DNA of 18,361 bases, from contig NW_021824197.1 of NCBI RefSeq assembly GCF_006345805.1, positions 1 to 18,361 of the forward strand, written 5' to 3'. Origin of the DNA: Octopus sinensis (taxonomy: Eukaryota). Both the position numbers and the translations under genes were made by a program. The notes under the pieces were generated by a model that saw nothing but the letters and a program-made list of their open reading frames with translations, made no database searches and had not been told where the DNA came from. Shown here piece after piece: positions 8,919 to 17,819 of the stretch; position 1 is the first letter of the stretch, and every line of letters begins with the position of its first letter.

Positions 8919-9671
8919 CGATTTTGCTTTGTGTTTGTACACGGTGACTCGAAATCTTACCCAGAGATCTCAAAAGAAAACTAGTCAGAACTTCAACTCG
9001 CTATTATGACTAAGGTACCATATTTTTGTTTTTGCACAGAGTATTGTTCTAGAGAGTGTCTGCCGAAGCATGTGGAAATTAGAAATTTGTTTTAAAAGTA
9101 ATTTGGTATTAAGATGAATATTATGTATGTTACAAAAGCTCTTTTGATAATGTTCGCCGATTTTAATGTTTTTGAAATGGCATAGACGATAATATTGTAG
9201 GATATAAGCAGTTCTCATGAGCACCATCTCTTCAATTTCTTCTATTTTTGAATTTCCTGGTATCTGAGCCAGGTAGGAATCAGCCCCTTTTACTATTATT
9301 CCTAGGGAACCTATGACAACAGATACAGATTTTGTCTCGTGGTTCCACATTTTACCAGTTTCTATTATATTTCAAGATCTTTATACTTGCTCAGTTGTTT
9401 GGTAGGTCTTGACAAATGCATTTATATCGATTGAAGAGAGATGGTCCTTGAATATAAGGTCTGGCCTATTTGCATCTATCTTTCTGTCAGTTCTAGCACT
9501 GAAGTTCCACAGGAATAAAATGTGATCATTTCCAAGCTTTGGGTCTGGTTTGTGTTTCCACCAGTTTATATCATAGGACAGGGCCAGGTCCTTCAAGATG
9601 ACCCAGTGTATATACTGTGCCGCTCTATCGTGCCTCTTGAGATACTCTGTAGGGACAAGAAGTCTGCTACC
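8919..9671 (-). mobile_element. 5'-truncated R4/Dong-like non-LTR retrotransposon: RLE endonuclease end plus 3' UTR
   Basis: Minus-strand translation LLVPTEYLKRHDRAAQYIHWVILKDL...WWKHKPDPKLGND...LWNFSARTDRKIDANRPDLIFKD (RPD motif of the PD-(D/E)xK RLE), frameshifts, then MWNHETKSVSVVIGSLGII...EMVLMRTAYIL. The 5' end abuts (AAT)n. Confidence 0.88.
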
Positions 9672-9808
9672 ATTATTATTATTATTATTATTATTATATT
9701 ATTATTATTATTATTATTATATTATTATTATTATTATTATTATTATTAAATATATTACTGATGGAATCAACTCTACTAATTTTACTGCAAAAATAGTACT
9801 ACTAACAC

Positions 9809-9851
<43 letters not shown>

Positions 9852-10352
9852 TGTTGTTGTTCTGATATTAATAATGTTATTATTGCAATCAATTAATTCA
9901 TAATTAGAGGATCTTTAATCGTTTTAATTACCGGAAAATTGGAATTTGCGTTATATTGTGGTGGCGGTGGTGGTAGTAGTGGTGGTGGTGGGGTGGCGGT
10001 GGTGTTGGTGGCGGTGGTGCTGACGATGATCATGGTGATGATGGTGATGATGGTGAGGAGGAGGAGGAGCAGGAAGAGTAGGAGGATGTGGCTGCTACTG
10101 CTAGTGAGGATGATGATGATGATGATAATAATAATATTGATAATAATAATAATAATAATAATAATATAATAATAATAATAATAATAATAACTATAATAAT
10201 AATAATAACAATAATAATAATAATAATAATAATAATAATTATTATTATTATTATTATTATTATATTATTATCATTATTATTATAGTAATTATAATCATAA
10301 TAATTATTATAATAATAATAATAATGATAATAATAATAATAATAATAATTAA

Positions 10353-10425
<73 letters not shown>

Positions 10426-10475
10426 ATAGTAATTATAATAAAAATAATTATAATAATAATAATGATGATAGTTGT
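9672..10475. repeat. Compound trinucleotide tracts (ATT)n, (GTA)n, (GGT/GAT/GAG)n, (AAT)n/(ATT)n
   Basis: Direct inspection. Confidence 0.93.
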
Positions 10476-10602
10476 TGTTTTTGTGTCTGTGTGTCACTTA
10501 TATTCGTTATGAAGGGAAAGAAGAAGGGGAGAAAACGAGAGGGGAGAATGTTAATAACAATTAACCAACTTTGAAACAATCAGGGAGTAATTATGAAACT
10601 TT

Positions 10603-10619
10603 CTCATGAATATGCAAAT
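10603..10619 (+). promoter_or_regulatory. Heptamer-octamer POU-factor site CTCATGAATATGCAAAT
   Basis: Exact CTCATGA plus ATGCAAAT separated by 2 nt in a non-repetitive island. Motif match only. Confidence 0.25.
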
Positions 10620-10742
10620 CCTCTAACCCCTGGACTGCAGACATTTTGTCGCCTTATCTAATTATTTAGTCACTTTTCTTCTCCCTTTTCATCTCTTCCT
10701 CTCTGTTTTTTTTTTTAATATTTTATTACATTTATCTCTGAC

Positions 10743-10847
10743 CTTCGAAGCAGGCTGTTCTCGTGTCATCTCCCATTCGGTCACTACACTCGCTCTCATC
10801 CGTTAATCCTACGCAACGTATTGTGTCCGTCCATATGTTGTTAAAAC
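10743..10847 (-). CDS. Candidate 105-nt symmetric phase 1-1 internal exon encoding (G)FNNIWTDTIRCVGLTDESECSDRMGDDTRTACFE(G); Cys-containing, possibly extracellular module
   Basis: Minus strand: acceptor ttcttttaaaacCAG|G at 10848/10847, donor AAG|GTCAGA at 10743/10742; length divisible by 3; only the phase-1 frame is open (the other two stop); lies in unique sequence between microsatellites. Confidence 0.4.
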
Positions 10848-10946
10848 CTGGTTTTAAAAGAATTGGGGGTAACTCCGCGGCGTTTATTTACCATACCACT
10901 TCAACAACGACGACACCAGTGGGCGGAAAGTGGTGGGGGGGATGAC

Positions 10947-11303
10947 GTAACTGTTGTTGTTGATGATGATGATGATGAGGAGGAGGAGGAGGAGGAGGAA
11001 GAGGAGGACGACGACGATGGTGATGATGATGATGATGATGATGATAAGGAGGAGGAGGAGGAGGAGGGGAGGATGATGATGACGATGGTGATGATGATGA
11101 TGATGATGATGATGAGGAGGAGGAGGAGGAGGAGGTTGATGATGAGGAGGATGAAGATGGTGATGATGATGATGATGAGGATGAGGATGAGGATGAGGAT
11201 GAGGATGATGGGGATGATGATGATGATGAGGATGATGATGATGATGAGGATGATGATGAGGTTGATGATGATGAGGATGATGATGAGGATGATGATGAGG
11301 ATG

Positions 11304-11356
<53 letters not shown>

Positions 11357-11457
11357 GATGATGATGATGAGGAGGAGGAGGAGGATGGTGAAGATGATAA
11401 AGATGATGTTCATGTTGATGATGAGGATGATGATGATGATGATGATGATGGTGGTGG

Positions 11458-11488
<31 letters not shown>

Positions 11489-11786
11489 GATGATGGCGAT
11501 GATGATGATGGGGAGGAGGAGGACTAGGAGGATGGTGAGCATGATAAGGATGATGATGATGAGGAGGAGGAGGTGGATGGTGAGGATGATAAGGATGATG
11601 ATGATGTTGATGATGAGGATGGTGATGATGATGATGATGATGGTGGTGGTGATGATGATGATGATGGCGATGATGATGATGGGGAGGAGGAGGACTAGGA
11701 GGATGGTGAGGATGATAAGGATGATGAGGAGGAGGAGGAGGAGGTGGATGGTGAGGATGATAAGGATGATGATGATGTTGATGATG

Positions 11787-11822
<36 letters not shown>

Positions 11823-11958
11823 GTGGTGGTGATGATGATGATGATGGCGATGATGATGATGGGGAGGAGGAGGACTAGGAGGATGGTGAGGATGATAAGG
11901 ATGATGATGATGAGGAGGAGGAGGTGGATGGTGAGGATGATAAGGATGATGATGATGA
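10947..11958. repeat. (GAT)n/(GAG)n trinucleotide tract with a 171-180-bp higher-order repeat
   Basis: Marker GGACTAGG at 11521, 11692 and 11872; in-frame TAG in the D/E frame. Confidence 0.92.
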
Positions 11959-12051
11959 AGGGGGAGAAGAAAGAACATACGTTGTCTTTCGAGCATTGAA
12001 AGCTAATGATTTCACGTTCTCTCAGTGTTTCTAAATTCTTATGATGCATCT

Positions 12052-12185
12052 AGGCGCAAGCTTGGTTCCGGGTCCAGGTTCATTGCGTGGCACCTTGAGC
12101 AAGTGTCTTCCACTATAACCACGAGCCAACCAAAGCCTTGTGAGTGGATTTGGTAGACGTAATCTGGAGTAAATCCGTCGTGTAC
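12052..12185 (+). mobile_element. Internally deleted tRNA-derived SINE with a CORE-like domain
   Basis: GGCACCTTGAGCAAGTGTCTT resembles the CORE motif (CCTTGGGCAAGT); homologous to the inverted copy at 12800-12940. Confidence 0.65.
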
Positions 12186-12207
12186 ATATATATGTGTGTG
12201 TGTGTGT

Positions 12208-12404
12208 TCAAGAAATAATCTTCTTTAAAAGTATGGCCGAGCGAGTTGTCTTCCTTCGCTTGATAGATAAGTTTTCCAATTTTCAATTAAAACTTTCTGA
12301 AAATGTGGGCAACTCTCCACGGCTTCCGTCCTGGAGTTCAGGTAGCCTCCTGGCTCATGTGAATTCATGAGAATTATAAATCTTTCTGCCAAACACAATT
12401 TACA
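12208..12404 (-). mobile_element. Penelope-like element fragment: C-terminal end of the GIY-YIG domain
   Basis: [40 protein letters not shown] matches the CxLCxxE...LNxRxE...CPH tail and is homologous to 14985-15133. Confidence 0.75.
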
Positions 12405-12415
12405 CCACACACATA

Positions 12416-12457
<42 letters not shown>

Positions 12458-12516
12458 ATATATATATATATATACAGAGAGACAGACAGACAGACAGATA
12501 GATAGATAAATAGATA

Positions 12517-12562
<46 letters not shown>

Positions 12563-12617
12563 TGATAGATAGATAGATAGATAGATAGAGATAGATAGAT
12601 AGATAGATAGATTGATT

Positions 12618-12698
<81 letters not shown>

Positions 12699-12702
12699 CA
12701 GC

Positions 12703-12791
<89 letters not shown>

Positions 12792-12797
12792 CACACA
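12405..12797. repeat. (TA)n, (GACA)n and long (GATA)n microsatellites
   Basis: Direct inspection. Confidence 0.96.
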
Positions 12798-12799
12798 TT

Positions 12800-12940
12800 A
12801 TAAGAGGGGCTTCTTCAAAATTTCAGTCAATCAAATTCAATCACAAGGCAGTAGGAGTCACGGACTTATAGTAGCAGACATTTGCTGAAGGTGGTACATA
12901 TTGGGATTGAACCTGAGCCCACGTTGTTTCAGAACGAACT
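12800..12940 (-). mobile_element. Diverged CORE-like SINE fragment
   Basis: Reverse complement contains CACCTTCAGCAAATGTCTGCTACTATAA and GCCTTGTGATTGAATTTG, aligning to 12090-12155. Confidence 0.6.
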
Positions 12941-13337
12941 AAAAACGAACCTAAAAACAGTACTTTGTAACTTAAGAAATATTTGGAACAGACACGAAAT
13001 ATTTTCTTGCCTTCAATCGGCGCACCGGAGATTATGCAATGAAAATGAAATTGAGAAAACTTATGAAGACAAACCGGAAGTTGAAGATTATGAACCGAGG
13101 ACAGACGTGACTGTAAATGACGCGAATTATTGACGACAAAAATGGCATCGAAATATTCTTATTTTGAGGATCACAAAAGGAATTGGCTAGGAGAGGTTTC
13201 GTAAACACAAAGTGTGATATAGTTAAGGTATGTATGCAGAGGAACTGGCGACTACAAAGAGAGCTAATGAAAGGAAATGGCAGACGACTTCTGCACTTAA
13301 CACCCCGGATGTTGTGACAGACACTTATTAAGTTTAG

Positions 13338-13375
13338 ACGTATATATATAAATATATATATATATAATATATATA

Positions 13376-13408
<33 letters not shown>

Positions 13409-13470
13409 TAATAAATATATATATATATCTATATAATATAATATATATATATATATGTATATGTATATGT

Positions 13471-13501
<31 letters not shown>

Positions 13502-13850
13502 TGAATGTATGTATATATATGTATACATATATGTATGTATGTATGTGTGTATATACCTATGTAAATATATGTGTGTGTATATATACATATATACATATAT
13601 ATATATATTATACATATATATGTTTATATATGCATATATGTATATACATATACATATATATATACACACACAAATATATATAAGCACACACACGTTTCTA
13701 TATATACAATTATCTATATATGTTTGTGCATATATATACGCAAATATATATAGGTGTGTGTATGTATATACATATACACGTATATATTCACACAAATGCA
13801 CACACACACACAAACACACACACACACACATACACACATATATATACACA
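13338..13850. repeat. Compound (TA)/(TG)/(CA) tract
   Basis: Direct inspection. Confidence 0.95.
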
Positions 13851-14171
13851 CTCTGTTAATGTCTGTTCTTATGTACAGGTATAACAAAAACAATTTTACG
13901 TTACTCTCTTCGTTAACTCTATTCATTTTTTGAGTACAAACTTATTATACTTAAACAAAAATACTGTTGACAGTGACTTCGAAGTCTTGGCCAATTAAAC
14001 TACCGTCGAACTAAATTAACTGGCTGGAACATCGAAGTTCAAGAATAATATACGTTATGCAAACAATTTGCATATGCAACTTCCACCAGTGGACAGCTCC
14101 GCCTACCGGAATCCAGCAAATATATGGGGTCATCTTGTTTAAGATATATATTTGTGTGTCTGTGTGTGTTT

Positions 14172-15420
14172 ATAATGGTTGTCAATTTCTTAGACGTTTC
14201 CTTAGATCTTAATAATAATATTTATAAGCCTTATAGGAAGCCCAATGATAGACTAAGTTATATTAATGTAGGTTCATGCCATCCCCCTATAGTATTCAAA
14301 AATTTAGTTAAAAATATTAGTAAGAGGATTTCTAGCCTCTCATCTAATGAGGACATCTTCAATAGCGTTGCCCCAGTTTATCATAAAGCTTTAAAAGATA
14401 GTGGTTTTAGCGAAAAATAAAATATACATACCCCTATCACCAGCCCAACAATAAGGAAAAGGAATAATAGAATAGGAAGGTCATCTGGTTTTTACGCCCC
14501 TTTACTCACCGAGGTGGCCTTCAATATAGGTAAATATTTTCTAGCACTGATAGATAGACATTTTCCAGTTAACCATGCTTATGGAAACTCTTTAATGACC
14601 AATTTAAAAATTAGTTTTAGTTTCAACTACCAATTTTAAAACACAATCAATCATAACATACAAAAAACACAAGAAGAAAACAGCTGTTCATGCGGAATAA
14701 AGAATTGTTGGCCCGCTAAATGGAGCTTGCATGTCCAAGACCATCATATATGAAGCTACCGTAAACTCTATAACCACTAAAGACCAACCGTTTCGATGAA
14801 GAAATACGTGGGCCTGACAGAGGGTAATTTCAAGGCCAGGTTCAATAACCACACTTTGAGCTTTAGGCACTGGACAAAAGAAAAGCGACACAATTATCCA
14901 ATCATATTTGGTCCTTTAAGAGATAAAGGTGTCGATTATAACATACAATGGAAGATTTTGGCCAGATGTAAGCCCTATACTAAACGGCAGCGGAAGGGGC
15001 GGTTTATTCGACATGGAGAGATGGCTTATCTGGAAAAGCAGCTTAGACCCTACCACATGTCTAAATACACAGGACAGAGCTTTTCGGATCATGCCCACAT
15101 GTGACTAAATTTCTGTTACGTTTTGGTCCCTAAAGAAAACGGATAGAAAACATGCTTTCTGTGTTATGTCCAAGAAGATTTTATATATTTTTATATATTT
15201 TTATGTATTTTTATATAATTTTCATGACGAAAAATGCGAGCGATGTATAAGTACGCAGGCAAAGCAGAGTTATAACAGAGTAATTTCCCTTCATTTTTAA
15301 CGGTATTTTTTCATAACGTTTTCAATAGCCAGATAACCGAAGAGATGGTGTTTGTGATTTCCACTTCGGCATCTGAAACTCAGAGTTTTATCTTGACTAC
15401 CGAGTAATGTAACATATTGT
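14172..15420 (+). mobile_element. 5'-truncated Penelope-like retroelement (RT thumb, linker, GIY-YIG, 3' UTR with hammerhead); most like the Naiad type
   Basis: VNFLDVSLDL..YKPYRKPND...HPP; RKVIWF; FLALIDRHFP; SCSCGIKNC(C)PLNGAC; IIYEATV...KKYVGLTEGNFKARFNNHTLSF; WKILARCKPY; ELFGSCPHVTKFLL*. Multiple frameshifts. Clade call from motif recall only. Confidence 0.85.
15331..15393 (+). ncRNA. Type I hammerhead ribozyme-like motif (U4C core) in the PLE 3' region
   Basis: AGAUAA-CCGAAGA-GAUG...CAUC-U-GAAA-CUC-A-GAG-UU-UUAUCU: perfect 6-bp stem I (15331-36/15388-93), stem II GAUG/CAUC, quasi-palindromic helix III ACUC-A-GAGU. Confidence 0.65.
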
Positions 15421-15690
15421 ATAGATATATATTATATATATATTAAAAGCAATGAATAGCTATATGACGAAACTATGTGGTGCTTGCTTTCTGACTTTCT
15501 AATCATCTCATGATAATGACTTTTATGACTTTTATTACTACCCTCAGTCCAGCTAAATGTTTATATCTGTCGTTAACTTTCATAAAAAGCCTTTTCTTTT
15601 TTTATTTGCAATGTGCATTTTCGTTGATTTTTCTTATTTTCCCCTTAAATTTCCACGTGTATTTTATATTTTCTTTTTGTAACATATTTC

Positions 15691-15729
<39 letters not shown>

Positions 15730-15735
15730 AATGTC

Positions 15736-15789
15736 AAACGGCGGTGCATCAGCATGGCCGCAGCTCTGAGCTGAAACTAGAAAAAAAAT
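15736..15789 (+). mobile_element. Probable SINE/LINE 3'-tail fragment
   Basis: GGCGGTGCATCAGCATGGCCGCAG...CTGAAACTAGAAAAAAAA embedded in (TA)n; recognised from recall of cephalopod SINE tails. Confidence 0.4.
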
Positions 15790-15813
15790 ATATATATATA
15801 TATGCATATATAC

Positions 15814-16112
15814 GGAGGCACATGGCCTAGTGGTTAGAGCAGTGGACTCGCGGTCGAGGGATCGTTCAAACCTCAGAGTGGGCGATGTGTGTGCTTATGA
15901 GCGAAACACCTAAGCTCCACGCGGCTCCGGCAGAGATAATGGCGAACTTCTGCTGACTCTTTCGCCACAACTTTCTCTCACTCTTTCCTCCTGCATCTTG
16001 CAGCTCACCTGCGACGGACCGGCGTCCCGTCCAGGTGGGGAACCTATACGCCAAGGAAACCGGGGAACCGGCCCTTATAAGACAGGCATGGCTCGAGAAT
16101 GAACAGACAACA
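15814..16112 (+). mobile_element. Full-length tRNA-derived SINE with a perfect 12-bp TSD
   Basis: A box TGGCCTAGTGG (15823-), B-box-like GTTCAAACC, ACA/CAA tail; TSD ATGCATATATAC at 15802-15813 and 16113-16124. Confidence 0.88.
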
Positions 16113-16261
16113 ATGCATATATACACACATACATGTACATGCTTACATATATATGTATATATACATGCATATATGTGTACAACGTTGTGCTCTATCACAA
16201 TTCTATATTGTAAATCCGTGGATGGGTTCCAGACAAACTGGTTTTTACACAGAGAAATACA

Positions 16262-17096
16262 TTGGGTTGGCAATTAAGTTCCCGCGGCTTTTTAGATTTT
16301 GGAAGTTATTGCGTTTTTGAATTTTGGAATTTTTTTTTTTTTTCGAGAATTCTATTTTTGAATCATTTAGGAATCTATTTTATTTTTTAGTTAATTTTAG
16401 TTAATTTTTGTTTATTTTCAGATCATTAAAATGGAATGTCAAGTTAAGAAAAACGAGCATTTTCGACACCTCCTTCTTTTTGCTTTTAATCAAGGTTCTA
16501 AGGTCACAAAAGCTGCTTGCAACATTTGTGATGTCTATGGAGAGGGTGCAATAGCTGAAAGAACCGCTCGTGATTGTTATACCAAATTCAAAAATGGAAA
16601 TTTTGACCTCAAAGACGCTCCTCCTTTCTGACCGTCCAGTAGATTTCGATGAAGAGAGATTAAACCAACTTTTGCACGGAAATTCTCGTCAAACGACAAG
16701 GGAACTGGCAGAGAAAATGGAATGCTCCCACACTGTTTTACACTTTATGGAGAAAATGGGGGTAGTTGGGGAGAATGAAGTGGGGGAATACCTATTTCTT
16801 TATTACCCACAAGGGGCTAAACATAGAGGTGACAAACAAGGACAGACATAGGTATTAAGTCGATTACATCGACCCCAGTGTGTAACTGGTACTTAATTTA
16901 TCGACCCCGAACGGATGAAAGGCAAAGTTGACCTCGGCGGAATTTGAACTCAGAACGTAGCGGCAGACGAAATACCGCTAAGCATTTCGCCCGGCGTGCT
17001 AACGATTCTGCCAGCTCGCTGCCTTTTGGGGGGAATACCATTTCTATAGTCCTCTTCTATGTGGGTGATACATGCGTGTGTGTGTGTGCGTGCGTG

Positions 17097-17139
<43 letters not shown>

Positions 17140-17477
17140 TGCGTGTGTGTGTGTGTGTACAAAATGAAGTTTGTTTCATGCCCGACGCATGAATAGAGAA
17201 GCATCTTCACTCGATAGGAAAGGTTCAGAAGTACGGAACATGAGTTCCGCATGCTGTAAGTGACAACAACAAAAATCAGAGAGCCACAATCTCTGCTGGT
17301 TTGCTTGTTCGTCGCCGCTCAACTCATGGACACAAGCAACGATTGTTTTTTATTTACCGAATCGTTACTGGCGACGAAAATGAAGCAGCGTAAGGAATGG
17401 CTTAGCACCGCTAAACAAGCGACACCGCGCCTGAGACAAGATCTTCATCTGCGTAAAACGATGTTGAGCGTTTGGTG
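16262..17477 (+). mobile_element. 3'-truncated mariner (mellifera-like) split by a 456-bp nested insertion
   Basis: Left TIR TTGGGTTGGCAATTAAGT (16262-); MECQVKKNEHFRHLLLFAFNQG...RQTTRELAEKMECSHT (16431-16735) resumes at ~17192 as IEKHLHSIGKVQKYGT*VPHAVSDNNKNQRATISAGLL...YRIVTGDE..MKQRKEWLS...KTMLSVW; no right TIR seen. Confidence 0.9.
16790..17025 (-). mobile_element. tRNA-derived SINE with a Meta-like central domain and a ~17-bp TSD
   Basis: Minus strand head GGCAGCGAGCTGGCAGAATCGTTAG, B box GAGTTCAAATTCC, central GCCTTTCATCCGTTCGGGGTCGATAAATTAAGTACC; TSD GGGGGAATACC(T)ATTTCT at 16782-16799 and 17029-17045. Domain name from recall. Confidence 0.85.
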
Positions 17478-17819
17478 CGTATGTGACCAGTCGAAGCGAA
17501 CCCGAGCGACGAAGAACAACCTTATACAAGACAAATAGCAAGGCACGACTACTTGTTACCCTATCAAAGCAAGTTGGCTTGCCGGGGTGGCCTGCGGTTT
17601 CTAAGCTGCGGACTTGACTGCTGGAGCAGTGTTGGAGTCGGGAGGCAGTTCTTCGAAATAGCATCGTGTTTTACGTGTGAGAAGCGTAAAAACCCGTACA
17701 GTAATTAGCAAGATTATTCGTTCGAGCTAATATTTTATTTAAAAAATAATTGTGGTTGACATTTTCAGATGTCAGTCATCTGATGTCAGACGTAAAAAGA
17801 CGAATGTTGTGTAGTGAAG

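Noticed and set aside
10863-12049. 370-382-aa His/Pro-, Met- or Asp/Glu-rich proteins
   Set aside because: Translations of (GAT)/(GAG) repeats; the D/E frame shifts near 11068 and has TAG stops; no non-repetitive domain.
12950-13330. Possible degraded RTE LINE 3' end, or exon (ORF 12882..13133)
   Set aside because: Only a faint A.ER.W resemblance; no diagnostic motif or clean splice pair could be supported.
15814-15875. tRNA gene (also the head at 16940-17025)
   Set aside because: A and B boxes are present but there is no complete cloverleaf, and each continues into a SINE body flanked by TSDs.
15894-15907. Hammerhead-like CTTATGA-GC-GAAAC
   Set aside because: G5 is missing and there is no stem II or stem I; more likely a drifted SINE central domain.
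17478-17815. GC-richer segment after the mariner breakpoint (ORF 17365..17664)
   Set aside because: No recognisable protein motif, TIR or TSD; probably an unidentified repeat, but unsupported without a search.
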